Assembly: GCA_039028615.1 (NCBI GenBank)
Contig: JBCCHT010000016.1
Span: forward strand, 64,001-128,000
DNA length: 64,000 bases
Direction: 5' to 3'
Origin: Myxococcota bacterium
Lineage (GTDB): Bacteria; Myxococcota_A; Polyangia; Nannocystales; Nannocystaceae
A program made the position numbers and the translations under genes. A model generated the notes under the pieces. That model ran no database searches and was not told the DNA's origin. It worked only from the letters and a program-made list of their open reading frames with translations. Positions 38,875 to 48,187 of the stretch are shown in pieces. Each line of letters starts with the position of its first letter. The first letter of the stretch is position 1.

Positions 38875-39450
38875 TCAGCTACCCCAGCGCTCGACGACGG
38901 CCTGCACCCGCTCGCGAAAGCCGGGTTCCTGGTGCCGCTGAAACTCTTTCCACGTGCACAGGGTCGAGGTGTCTTCGACGCGATCGACGAACAGCTTGCC
39001 GTCGAGGTGGTCGACCTCGTGCTGGAAGGTCCCGGCGGTGATGCCCCGGACTTCGCGATCGATGGTGTTGCCGTGGCGGTCGAGGGCCTGGACCCGCAGC
39101 TCGGCGTAGCGCGAGACGACCCCGCGCAGGTCCGGCACCGACAGGCAGCCCTCGTAGTTGTCGAAGCGCTCGTCCGACAGCGGGGTGAGGACCGGGTTGA
39201 CCAGGATGGTCAGCGGGATGTTCGGCTTGTACGGGTAGCGAGGGTTGTCCTTCACGTGCATCGCGACGACCCGGATCGGTCGGTAGACCTGGATCGCGGC
39301 GAGCCCCGCTCCCGAGGCGTCGTGCATGGTCTCGACGAGGTCGTCGATGAAGGTCTGGATCTCGTCGCTGCCCAGCGCCTCGGCGCTGACCGGCTCCGCT
39401 TGCGTGCGCAGGACGGGCGCGCCGATCTGGGCGATCTTGAGGAGCGTCAT
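38875..39450 (-). CDS. def: Peptide deformylase
   Basis: GAGLAAIQ, EGCLSVP, QHEVDHLDG. Confidence 0.95.
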   Translation of the reverse strand: MTLLKIAQIGAPVLRTQAEPVSAEALGSDEIQTFIDDLVETMHDASGAGLAAIQVYRPIRVVAMHVKDNPRYPYKPNIPLTILVNPVLTPLSDERFDNYEGCLSVPDLRGVVSRYAELRVQALDRHGNTIDREVRGITAGTFQHEVDHLDGKLFVDRVEDTSTLCTWKEFQRHQEPGFRERVQAVVERWGS

Positions 39451-41204
39451 CCCTTGACGATCTTGGCTTTGAGCGCGGCCTTGCCGTCTTTGACGTACAC
39501 GGTGAAGTTCACCCGCGCGACCTCGGGGCGCTTCTTCTTGATGTCCGACGCGTTCTTGGTCAGCTTCTGCGCGAACTTCTCGAAGGTCAGCTTGTCGGTC
39601 GGCTCGCCGCACTGGGCCTTGACCCGCAGGAACTCCTCGTAGACCTCGCGATAGCGTTCTTGCTCGGGCGAGGCGGCCGCGGCCGCAGGGGCAGCCGCCG
39701 GAGCGGCAGGGGCGGCCGGCTTGGGCGCGGGCGTGGGCGCAGCCGCACGGGGCGGCGGAGTCGGGGCCGCAGGCGCGGGGGCAGCCGGCTTGGGCGCGGG
39801 CGCGGGGGCAGCCGGCTTGGGCGCGGGCACGGGCTCGGGCTTGGCCGTGAGCGCGGGCGTGGTCTCCGACTCGGGCTCGACCATGGGTCGCTTGCGGACC
39901 CCGGAACCAGCGTCTTCGTTGCCCGCGGTCAGCGTGCGATAGGAACGGCTCCCCGGGCGGTTGGAGACGCCGCGGTGCGCCCGGGTGGCCCGGCGCGCAC
40001 GCGTGGTCCGAGGACGCGACCGGGCGTCGCTCGGGTCTTCCATCTCCTCTTCTTCCTCGATCTCGAGCTCGGCCAGGTAGGCCTGCCGCAGCGCCTCGTG
40101 GGCCGCGGCCGCGGCTCGGGCGACCTCACCCGCCGTCCCGCCGTAGCGATCGTGGAAGATCGAGTGCTGGGTTCCCAGGGCGATGGCGTTGAACTCTCGG
40201 CTCAGCCGCTGCATGGGCGTCAGGCCTTCGAGGCCGGGAAGGTAGAAGGCCAGGCCCACGGTGACGAGGAGCAGGCCGCCGAGCAGCGGCCAGTTGAGCT
40301 CGCTGGTGAGGCCCTTTTCGCGGGCCTGGGCCAGCGCCTGCGCCAGGTCTTGCTGACCGGCGGCGGCGGTGCGCGAGGACAGCACGACGAGCATCGCACC
40401 GTTGTCGCCCTGACCGGCCGGGCCGGGGATGCGACCGAGCGAGCCGAGGCGGGCGTTCATGCCGTCGCCGACCTCGAACACCTTGCTCGCGCCCTCACCG
40501 GGGGCGTCGCCCTTGTGATCCTTGGCCAGCGCCAGCAACGACTCACTCACCGGCTGGTTGCCGATGATGTCGCCGAGCATCTCGTCCTTGCGCACGACGG
40601 CGGCGGGGTTGTTGGAGCCGAGCACGCGTCGCAGCAGCGAGCCCGCCCCGGTCTCCAGTCGCTCCACCGCGATCAGCCGACGGCCCTCGGCGTCGGGCTT
40701 GAGCACCTTGGCCACATGGAGCTGGTCGGACAGCGCGAGGGAGAAGATCGTGTCCTCTTCGGCGGGGGCGTCTTGGAACGCCTCGGATGCGACGAGCTCG
40801 GGGACTTCCTTTTCGGCGGCACCGCTGGCGGCGACGACAGCCCCGGTCTTGTCGACCAGCGCGACGGTCATGTTCGAACCGGTGCGGTTGCGGGTCTCTT
40901 CGGCGACCTCGCCGAGCGTGTTGTAGACGTCGGCATCGCGCGCGTCGGGATCGTCTGGATCGGGCTCGGCCGACAGCGCCTCTTGCAGTCGCGAGTCTTG
41001 CATCACGCTGCCCGCCTGCTGCACGGGCGAGGCTTGGATCTGAGACTCGAGCGCGGCGACGCCGGCCTCGGTGACCGCACTCACGGCGGCGCGATCGGCA
41101 TCGGTGAAGCCTCCGCTCGTGTCGGCGGAGAGCAGGAACATGCCTGCGAGGCATGCGGTGGCGAGGAACGCCAGAATGATGGCCCAAGCTCTGGTCAGCG
41201 GCAC
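39447..41204 (-). CDS. MXAN_5187-like membrane protein
   Basis: Two TMs, periplasmic domain, Pro/Ala linker, C-terminal 'YEEF...K..CGE...LTFEKF..KL.KN...FTVYVKDGKAALKA'. Confidence 0.8.
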   Translation of the reverse strand: MPLTRAWAIILAFLATACLAGMFLLSADTSGGFTDADRAAVSAVTEAGVAALESQIQASPVQQAGSVMQDSRLQEALSAEPDPDDPDARDADVYNTLGEVAEETRNRTGSNMTVALVDKTGAVVAASGAAEKEVPELVASEAFQDAPAEEDTIFSLALSDQLHVAKVLKPDAEGRRLIAVERLETGAGSLLRRVLGSNNPAAVVRKDEMLGDIIGNQPVSESLLALAKDHKGDAPGEGASKVFEVGDGMNARLGSLGRIPGPAGQGDNGAMLVVLSSRTAAAGQQDLAQALAQAREKGLTSELNWPLLGGLLLVTVGLAFYLPGLEGLTPMQRLSREFNAIALGTQHSIFHDRYGGTAGEVARAAAAAHEALRQAYLAELEIEEEEEMEDPSDARSRPRTTRARRATRAHRGVSNRPGSRSYRTLTAGNEDAGSGVRKRPMVEPESETTPALTAKPEPVPAPKPAAPAPAPKPAAPAPAAPTPPPRAAAPTPAPKPAAPAAPAAAPAAAAASPEQERYREVYEEFLRVKAQCGEPTDKLTFEKFAQKLTKNASDIKKKRPEVARVNFTVYVKDGKAALKAKIVKG

Positions 41205-41312
41205 GGGCCGTCAGTTTAGGGGTTGGGCAGTGAAGGCAGCAAATACGACTCGTTCCGGGGCCGGGCGCCCGCGCTCGCGCAACGCCCCGAGGGTCGTGGT
41301 CGACAATCGAAC

Positions 41313-43232
41313 GTGCGTACGCTGGGCTCGTGGATCGTGGCCGGCCTTGCGGTCGCGATCGGGTACGCGGTGCTCGGGGCCGGCTTCGGGCCGCTCGCGG
41401 CACGAGATCTGGGTGTAGGGGCCCTTCTGCTCGCGTCAGCGCTCGGAGCCGTCGCGATCGCCCGAGCGTATTGTGCGCCGTACCGGGCCGGGTCGTGGTC
41501 GCTGGCTGCGGTTGTCGCACTTGCGCTGGCCCGCGGCCTCTTTGCGGCGGCAAACGACGATCCGCAGCGTTGGCGAGGTCCACGGGGCGCTCCCGCGGGG
41601 CTGCTCACCCTGCGGGTCGAGGGCGCGTCGCATCCGGGTCCGCGCTGCCGGGTGCGAGTGCGCTCGGGCGATGTCGCGCTGTGGATCGATGCGCCTCCCG
41701 AGTCCTGTCCCTTGGCGTCGGGCCAGCTCGTCCGGGTCCCGGCCGCCGCGCTGTGGCGTCACGAAGGGCCGATGCTCCCCGGCGCGCCCGAGCCCGGGGC
41801 CCTGGCGCACTCGCGGGGCGCGGTCGCGCGAGCCACTGTGGGCCGGGTCTGGCTGGCGGGCGGCGAGGCCTCGGCGTACTGGTCGTGGGTCGCCCGTCAG
41901 CGGCAGCGCGCCTGGGAGGCCACGCGGGGTCGCCCCGCCCGCGCCTTCGTGGTCGCCTCCGCGCTCGGGGTCCGCAACGCTCTGTCGCCCCCGACCCGAG
42001 CGCAGGTCCGACGCGCCGGTCTCGGTCACCTCATCGCCGTCAGCGGTCTGCACGTCGGGTTGGCGGCGTGGGCCTTGCTGGTGTTGTCGCAGCGCATCGG
42101 CGGTCGCTTCGGTGGTGCGCACTCGGTCGGCGTGTGTCTGTCGTGGCTTCCGCTCGTGGGCTACGTCCTGCTCACGGGCGCGTCGCCGCCCGCGGTGCGG
42201 GCCGGGCTCATGGCGGTCGGCATGGGTCTGGGTGCGATCTTGGGTCGTCCGCATCACGGGCCCGTGCTGCTCGCCGCGACCTGCGTGGTCATGCTCGTCG
42301 TGCGCCCGGCGTGGATCGGCGATCCCGGGTTTCAGCTCTCGGCCGCGGCCATGGCCACGCTCGTTCGGGCCGCGCCGGGCGAGGGCTTGCTGCGGTCCAC
42401 CTGGCGAGTGACCTGGGTGCTGCTTCCGCTGTCGCTGTGGCATTTCGGCCAGGCGGGGGTCTGGGGGGTGGTGTCCAACCTGGTGGCGGTGCCCGTGTTC
42501 ACCCTGTGGATCTTGCCCCTGGGTCTGGTGGGCTGGGTGTTGGCGCCGTGGCTCGGGTGGGGGGCGTTGATGCCGGCCGAGTGGGGGGCTCGTCTCGTGC
42601 TCGACCTGGCCGCCTTCGTTGCGCGCTGGCCCTCGCCGCCCTCGTGGATGGTGCTGCTCGTGGCCATCGTGGCGCTGTCGGTGGCCGTCCTTGCGGGGCG
42701 CCGCGATGCCCACGGCCAGCTGAGTCCGCGGTGGTCGTGGCTGCCGCCCGCTCCCGTCGCGCTCGCGGTGATCGTCGTGCTGGCGTGGCCGCGCGCCCGC
42801 GAGGTCCCGCCCGATCTTCAATGGTGGGCGGCGGGCAGCCCTCGCGCGCCCGCGGTGGTCACCGTCTCCTCCGAGTCCGATGCACCCGTGGGGTGTGTGC
42901 ATCAGGTCGCGCTGGCGCCCGAGCGCTGGCCGGCCTTGCTCGACGCCACCGGGCTCGACGGCGTCGGGTGGGCCTCGGCATCGGAACCCTTCGCTCCGCA
43001 CGAGCACGCGCTCGTGGCCGCGCTCGAGCCGGTCGGGCGCTGGCGCCCTTCGCCCCGCTGCGGTGAGGCGCCGCCGGTCGAGCGGGTCGAAGCCGGGCTC
43101 GAGGCATGTCGCCGCCGGGCGGGTACCCGCCACGCCATGATGGTGGGCACCGCCCGGGGCCCGCGCTGCTTCGTCGCCGGTCGCTGGGAGCCGGTTTTGC
43201 TAGACTCCTCCGCACTCGAGGTCTCGCCATGA
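41313..43232 (+). CDS. comEC: ComEC/Rec2 family competence protein (start uncertain)
   Basis: GLGHLIAVSGLHVG, SPPAVRA, GFQLS, NLVAVP. Confidence 0.85.
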   Translation: MRTLGSWIVAGLAVAIGYAVLGAGFGPLAARDLGVGALLLASALGAVAIARAYCAPYRAGSWSLAAVVALALARGLFAAANDDPQRWRGPRGAPAGLLTLRVEGASHPGPRCRVRVRSGDVALWIDAPPESCPLASGQLVRVPAAALWRHEGPMLPGAPEPGALAHSRGAVARATVGRVWLAGGEASAYWSWVARQRQRAWEATRGRPARAFVVASALGVRNALSPPTRAQVRRAGLGHLIAVSGLHVGLAAWALLVLSQRIGGRFGGAHSVGVCLSWLPLVGYVLLTGASPPAVRAGLMAVGMGLGAILGRPHHGPVLLAATCVVMLVVRPAWIGDPGFQLSAAAMATLVRAAPGEGLLRSTWRVTWVLLPLSLWHFGQAGVWGVVSNLVAVPVFTLWILPLGLVGWVLAPWLGWGALMPAEWGARLVLDLAAFVARWPSPPSWMVLLVAIVALSVAVLAGRRDAHGQLSPRWSWLPPAPVALAVIVVLAWPRAREVPPDLQWWAAGSPRAPAVVTVSSESDAPVGCVHQVALAPERWPALLDATGLDGVGWASASEPFAPHEHALVAALEPVGRWRPSPRCGEAPPVERVEAGLEACRRRAGTRHAMMVGTARGPRCFVAGRWEPVLLDSSALEVSP

Positions 43233-43696
43233 GTACGCCCCCTCCGCAGACGCCCCAGCTGGTGGAGCTCGACGGCCCCAACGCAGGCCGAGTGCATCCC
43301 CTGACGTACGGGTCGCATCAGGTCGGTCGCGGCGGGCGGGTCTCGGTGCGCCTCGACCACGACGACGTCTCCCGCCAGCACGCCAGCATCGAGGTCTCCG
43401 CCCAAGGGATGCTCGTACAAGACGCGGGCAGCAAGAACGGGGTCTGGAGCGACGGTCGGCGCCTCGAGGGGCCCACCATGTTGGTGCACGACGACCGCTT
43501 CTCCCTCGGGGAGCTCAACCTACGGGTCATCCACCCTGCGTCTCAGGTCACACGGGCGCTGGCGGCCGGGGGTGAGAGCACGGTCACCATCAACCGGCCT
43601 CCGCCCGAGCCCCGGCCCGAGCTACGCTCCCTGCTCATTCCCCTGGTCGGCGTCGTGATCTTTGGCACCCTGGTGGTCGTCATGCTCTTGCGCTGA
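43229..43696 (+). CDS. FHA domain protein with C-terminal TM
   Basis: VGR...VSRQHA...DAGSKNGV. Confidence 0.9.
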   Translation: MSTPPPQTPQLVELDGPNAGRVHPLTYGSHQVGRGGRVSVRLDHDDVSRQHASIEVSAQGMLVQDAGSKNGVWSDGRRLEGPTMLVHDDRFSLGELNLRVIHPASQVTRALAAGGESTVTINRPPPEPRPELRSLLIPLVGVVIFGTLVVVMLLR

Positions 43697-43713
43697 CCTC
43701 CCTCGCCTTCATC

Positions 43714-45105
43714 ATGCCTCGCTCCGAGCTCGCCTCTCTTCTCTCCGCGCTCCCCAAGGTCGACCAGGTCCTCGACGATCGAGCCCTGGCCGAGTCCGGG
43801 TGGCGGCGTTCCGTGCAAAAGCGCCTCGTCACCGATGCGCTCGACGACCTGCGTCGCCGCGTCCGCGACGGCGAGCGACCCGCGATGCCCGACGCGCCTG
43901 GCCTCGCCCAGTCCGTGCGCCAGACCCTCGACGGGTGGCTGCGGCCGCGACCACGGCCGGTCATCAACGCGACCGGCGTCCTGCTGCACACCAACCTCGG
44001 TCGCGCCCCGCTCGCTCGGTCCGCCCGCCAGGCCATGGTCGACGCCGCGGGCACCTGCGATCTCGAGGTCGAACTCGACGACGGCAAGCGAGGCTCGCGG
44101 TTCACCGCCATCGGCCCGCTGCTGCGCTCGACCATGGAGGCCGAGGACGCCCACGTGGTCAACAACAATGCCGCCGCGCTGCTGCTGGCGTGCACCGTGC
44201 TCGGCCCGCCCGGCGGGGTCGTGCTCTCGCTCGGCCAGATGGTCGAGATCGGCGACGGCTTCCGCGTCACCACCATGGCCGCGGCGGGGGGCTGCCCGGT
44301 CATCGGGGTCGGCAGCACCAACCGCACTCACCCGCAGGACTACGTGGCGGCGCTGCGCGGCGAGGCCCCCGAGTGCAAGGGCACGCCGGCCTCGGCCATC
44401 TTGTGGGCGCATCGCAGCAACTTCGAGCAGAGCGGCTTCGTCCAAGAGGTCGAGCTGCCGCAGCTCGCCGAGATCGCCCGGGCGCACGGCGTCCCGCTCA
44501 TCGCCGACCTCGGCAGCGGCTCCCTCGGTCCCGGCCTGCCCACCACCGAGCCCACCATCGTCGAGTACATCCAGCAGGGGGCCGACCTCGTGCTGTGCAG
44601 CGGCGACAAGCTCATGGGGGGTCCTCAAGCCGGCATCATCGCGGGCAAAGCCGAGCTGGTGCACCGCTGCCGTCGCCATCCCATGGCGCGTGCGCTGCGA
44701 CCCGACAAGACAGCTTTGGCTGCGCTCTACGCCACGTTCAGCGCCCACGCCCGCGACGGCGCCACCGACTTGCCGCTGCACTGCATGGTCGCGGTGAGCG
44801 TCGAGCAGCTGCGCGAGCGGGCGGCGGCGATGGCCGAGGCGCTCGGCTGGGACCCGGCGGCGGCCATCGTCGACAGCCACGCCACCATCGGCGGCGGCAG
44901 TCTCCCCGGCGACACCATGGCCAGCGTCGCGCTGCGGGTGCCCGGTGAAAAACCTGGGCGAGTGGCCAAGCGCCTGCGGCTGGGCGAGCCCGCGGTGGTG
45001 GGGCGCATCGAAAACGGCGCCGTGCTCATCGACCTACGCACCGTCGATCCCGAAGACGACGGCCCGCTCATCGACGCGCTGCGGGCCCAGTCCAGCAAGG
45101 GCTGA
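43714..45105 (+). CDS. selA: L-seryl-tRNA(Sec) selenium transferase
   Basis: VINATGVLLHTNLGRAP, VNNNAAA, VEIG.GFR, DLGSG, SGDKLMGGPQAG, RALRPDK. Confidence 0.93.
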   Translation: MPRSELASLLSALPKVDQVLDDRALAESGWRRSVQKRLVTDALDDLRRRVRDGERPAMPDAPGLAQSVRQTLDGWLRPRPRPVINATGVLLHTNLGRAPLARSARQAMVDAAGTCDLEVELDDGKRGSRFTAIGPLLRSTMEAEDAHVVNNNAAALLLACTVLGPPGGVVLSLGQMVEIGDGFRVTTMAAAGGCPVIGVGSTNRTHPQDYVAALRGEAPECKGTPASAILWAHRSNFEQSGFVQEVELPQLAEIARAHGVPLIADLGSGSLGPGLPTTEPTIVEYIQQGADLVLCSGDKLMGGPQAGIIAGKAELVHRCRRHPMARALRPDKTALAALYATFSAHARDGATDLPLHCMVAVSVEQLRERAAAMAEALGWDPAAAIVDSHATIGGGSLPGDTMASVALRVPGEKPGRVAKRLRLGEPAVVGRIENGAVLIDLRTVDPEDDGPLIDALRAQSSKG

Positions 45106-45119
45106 TGCGCCTGCGCGGC

Positions 45120-46592
45120 TCAGCGCAAGGCGAGGACACCATCACGGTACCCGGCCCCGTCGAGTTGGGGGGCAGCGTCGTCCGAGCGCAGGGCCTCGAG
45201 CGCGGTCTCGAGGGTGGGGTCGCGACCGGCGATCGTATCGGCGAGGCGCTCGTCGACGCGTAGGTGGGGCTCGACGGGGCCGGGCTGGCGAGGGTCTCCG
45301 CTGGCGCGCAAGAACGCCGCGCTGGAGATGGTCGCGGTGAGACCCGAGTGGGGCATCGCATAGGTATAGATCTCACCGAAGTAGGTCGGAGGAGACGAGG
45401 TGGGCTCACCGACGAGGAGGCCGAGCTCGTACTCGTGGATGGCATCGGCGAGCATCATCGCGGCCGACAGCGTGCCCGGGCCGATCAGGAAGGCCACGGG
45501 ACCATCGAAGCGATGCCGTGCCTTCGCCGGGGGCGTGGGCTGGATCTGCTGCAACAGGTCGTCACCGATCTCCGCGTCGAAGTATGCGCTCGAAGCGGGG
45601 CCGAGCTCCCGCAGGTGCTCGCGCATCGGCTCCGAGACCTTCCAGTGCTTCATCGCGAGCATCCGGTAGGGCCGCTGGGTGATATGGCCAAGCAGGGCGT
45701 CGGCCACGATCGTGCTCCCGCCGTCGTTGTTGCGAAGATCGACGACGAGGCCGCGGACCGGCTGACGCTCCAGCCATTCGAAGTGCTCGTCGAAGGCATC
45801 GAGGAGCGTGCGGCCATACTCGGCGGCAAAGGTCCGTACCGTGAGCACGGCGATCGACCCCGGCATCATGTGGAGCTCCATCGCGGCCATCTTTGGCGGG
45901 GGATTGTCGCTGAGACCAAGGTGAGCGCGGACCACGTCGCCGTTGGGGGTCGTGCCTTCGATGGACCACGGCGAGCCCAACCCGAGGGCGAGGCCGAGGG
46001 CAGGCAGAGCGCGTGGGACCCCGCGATCGAGCCCGACCTGGGTCTCGGCGCTGACCAGTCGGCGAGCCCACGGGACGATCTTGCTCGACGGATAACGCCC
46101 GACGCGCTGGAGGCACGAGCCGGCCGGGAGGTCCCCGACGGGGGAGGTCAGGCACAGCTCACCGTCTTCGACGAGCAGCGGGAGGCGAATCGACGCGAGT
46201 TCTTCGGGGTGGAGCAGCGTGGTGTGCGAGTCTCCGAGCCTGGCCGCGAGGCCTGCGGCCATCACGTAGAAGACGGAGCGGCTCATCGATGCGGGGAAGT
46301 GCCCGATGGCTTCGTCGATCTCCGCGCTCAGCTCGTCCTTCGTCAGCCGGCGCTCGGGATCGGGGTGGACTTCGTAGAGCCGTCGTTGCCAGTCGAAGAG
46401 GTCCTCCGCCGCTTGTTCCTTCGTCAGCCGCTGTGGCGGGGTCGCGGGGCGCCGAGGCTGCTCGCGTGTCGCGGATACCGTCGACGGCGTGGCTGAGCTC
46501 GCATCGCTTGGTTCACCCATCGCGAGCACGCCGAGCACGATCGCAACGCTCATCGAGATCAACGCCGTGGTTTTGGCCAGGAGCAGCGGCAC
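45120..46592 (-). CDS. S41 family peptidase
   Basis: Signal peptide, DSHT, VDLRNNDGGS, T.SAA, LVGEPT. Confidence 0.85.
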   Translation of the reverse strand: MPLLLAKTTALISMSVAIVLGVLAMGEPSDASSATPSTVSATREQPRRPATPPQRLTKEQAAEDLFDWQRRLYEVHPDPERRLTKDELSAEIDEAIGHFPASMSRSVFYVMAAGLAARLGDSHTTLLHPEELASIRLPLLVEDGELCLTSPVGDLPAGSCLQRVGRYPSSKIVPWARRLVSAETQVGLDRGVPRALPALGLALGLGSPWSIEGTTPNGDVVRAHLGLSDNPPPKMAAMELHMMPGSIAVLTVRTFAAEYGRTLLDAFDEHFEWLERQPVRGLVVDLRNNDGGSTIVADALLGHITQRPYRMLAMKHWKVSEPMREHLRELGPASSAYFDAEIGDDLLQQIQPTPPAKARHRFDGPVAFLIGPGTLSAAMMLADAIHEYELGLLVGEPTSSPPTYFGEIYTYAMPHSGLTATISSAAFLRASGDPRQPGPVEPHLRVDERLADTIAGRDPTLETALEALRSDDAAPQLDGAGYRDGVLALR

Positions 46593-46621
46593 GCATTCTC
46601 GGGTAGCATGGCGAATCTTAA

Positions 46622-46640
46622 ATTGAAAATGCTATTCAAT
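46622..46640. promoter_or_regulatory. Fur-family box 1
   Basis: ATTGAAAATGCTATTCAAT inverted repeat in an AT-rich divergent promoter region. Confidence 0.6.
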
Positions 46641-46717
46641 ATCAAAAATGAACGATCGCCCGATTTAATGAACGATTTTTATGATTTGGACCGATGAGCG
46701 GAAAATCAAATGTTGAT

Positions 46718-46736
46718 AGTGAAAATTAAAATCAAT
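46718..46736. promoter_or_regulatory. Fur-family box 2
   Basis: AGTGAAAATTAAAATCAAT, about 20 bp upstream of ORF 46758. Confidence 0.55.
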
Positions 46737-46757
46737 AAATGATAGGGTCCCTCCCAC

Positions 46758-47180
46758 ATGATGGCCACGGGCTCCCATGAGGCCAGCTGGAGCGGCTCGT
46801 TCGAACGAGAGACCTTTACCGTCGCGTTGGCCGACTTCGTGCGGGACATGGTCCCCGCCTTGCTGGAACGACCGCGGGTTCGCGATCGCTACTCGGCGTC
46901 GGAGTCGGAGCGCGTCTTGGCGGAGTTCGAGTTCGAGCGGTGGGGGCAGCTCGCGGTGTTGGCCGTCGGCGCCCGCGATCGCTTCGTTCTGTACGCGAAG
47001 CACGACGAATTCGAGCTGGTCACGCAAGTGGCGTTCGGCGAAGACCTCGTCTTCGACGCGCTGCGTATTGCGACCTTCCGTGGCGATCTGACGACCGCAC
47101 TGCTGTGGTGCCGCGCGTTGCGGGAAACGGTCGGACCTCGAGATCAGCGCCACCCGCGGTGGGCGGCGCATTTGCACTGA
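46758..47180 (+). CDS. Hypothetical protein heading the sodN operon
   Basis: 140-aa ORF directly after the AT-rich promoter region. Confidence 0.6.
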   Translation: MMATGSHEASWSGSFERETFTVALADFVRDMVPALLERPRVRDRYSASESERVLAEFEFERWGQLAVLAVGARDRFVLYAKHDEFELVTQVAFGEDLVFDALRIATFRGDLTTALLWCRALRETVGPRDQRHPRWAAHLH

Positions 47181-47199
47181 ACCAACGGAGACACGATCC

Positions 47200-47382
47200 A
47201 TGTCCCTAGTCACTCAATTGTTGGCCGCACATCCGGCCCCGCTTCCCCACGAACACGGCGAGATCCCCTGGATGGCCCTCGCAGTCATGGGCCTCATCGG
47301 CCTGGCGGCGGGTGTCATCCTCGCCCGCCGATCCCGGAGCGCACTGCAGGCTCGCAACGGCGACATCCAGGACGCGGCCTGA
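47200..47382 (+). CDS. Small single-TM protein with HEH motif
   Basis: GGAG RBS, one hydrophobic helix; its stop lies 2 bp before sodN. Confidence 0.55.
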   Translation: MSLVTQLLAAHPAPLPHEHGEIPWMALAVMGLIGLAAGVILARRSRSALQARNGDIQDAA

Positions 47383-47384
47383 TC

Positions 47385-47825
47385 ATGACGCTCACGGCTA
47401 GCGCGCACTGCGATGGACCCTGCGGCATCTACGACCCGGCCTCGGCTCGGGTTGCGGCCGAGGCCGTGCTGTCGATGACCCGAAAGCTGCTCGAGCTCAC
47501 TCCGCCCGCCAAGGGGCTGGAGGATCCCGCGTATGCGTCCTACCTCAACACCTTCAGCCGCTACGTGTCGATCAAGGAGAGCCAAGCCGAGCTGACCAAG
47601 CACGAGCTGCTCGTCCTGTGGACCGACTACTTCAAGCCGAAGCACCTCGAGGCGAACCCCGAGATCCACGAGCTGTTCTGGACGGCCGCGAAGTTGTGCT
47701 CCGCGTGCAAGCAAGAGGTGAACGGCGACAAGGCGACCGAACTGCTCGCCAAGATCCAGAGCATCCACGAGCTGTTCTGGAAGACCAAGGGACGTGACGT
47801 GCCTTGGATCAAGGCCGGCGGTTGA
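47385..47825 (+). CDS. sodN: Nickel superoxide dismutase
   Basis: Ni-hook HCDGPCGIYDP after a 7-aa leader; LWTDYFK, CSACKQ. Confidence 0.96.
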   Translation: MTLTASAHCDGPCGIYDPASARVAAEAVLSMTRKLLELTPPAKGLEDPAYASYLNTFSRYVSIKESQAELTKHELLVLWTDYFKPKHLEANPEIHELFWTAAKLCSACKQEVNGDKATELLAKIQSIHELFWKTKGRDVPWIKAGG

Positions 47826-48187
47826 TTCCCGAGGCCGGCTCCGACGGTTCCTTCACCGTGAAGGTGGAGGGATCGTCGATGTGGCCTGCCATCGAGCACG
47901 GCGCGCTCCTCCACGTGGTGGAAGGGGCGCAGTGCCGTGCGCTGGGCCATCCATGGCCGCCCACGCCTGGTGCTCTCGTCGTCGCCCATCACCCCTTTCG
48001 GCGCCGCCTCATCGTCAAGCGGGTCGCCGCTCGCGACGGGGAGCGGTTCGTGCTGCGTGGTGATGCCCCGGTCGAGAGCGAGGACTCGGGCACCCTGGGG
48101 GCCTTCACCGTCGATGCGCTGGTCGGCTTGGTGGTGAAGGTCGAGCCTCCATCAGCGAACCCGACGGCGGAGCACGAGCAGCGATAG
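47822..48187 (+). CDS. sodX: NiSOD maturation protease (S26 family)
   Basis: V.GSSMWP, VVA.HP, IVKRV, LRGD...SEDS; overlaps the sodN stop. Confidence 0.85.
   Translation: MIPEAGSDGSFTVKVEGSSMWPAIEHGALLHVVEGAQCRALGHPWPPTPGALVVAHHPFRRRLIVKRVAARDGERFVLRGDAPVESEDSGTLGAFTVDALVGLVVKVEPPSANPTAEHEQR

Noticed and set aside
35980..39850. Short tandem DNA repeats (GGCTCG, GTC runs, PAPKPAA units)
   Set aside because: They encode ordinary Pro/Glu, poly-Asp and Pro/Ala linkers common in myxobacterial proteins.
28594..47825. Functional link between the His-rich HxS peptide and NiSOD (nickel storage)
   Set aside because: They are about 18 kb apart with unrelated genes between, and no Fur-like box was seen at the HxS locus; only chemical plausibility supports a link.
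43714..48187. Selenoprotein (UGA readthrough) near selA
   Set aside because: The redox genes checked (sodN, TlpA WCGPC, DUF4266 GCGC) use Cys and end normally. I saw no in-frame UGA at a catalytic position, though the scan was not exhaustive.
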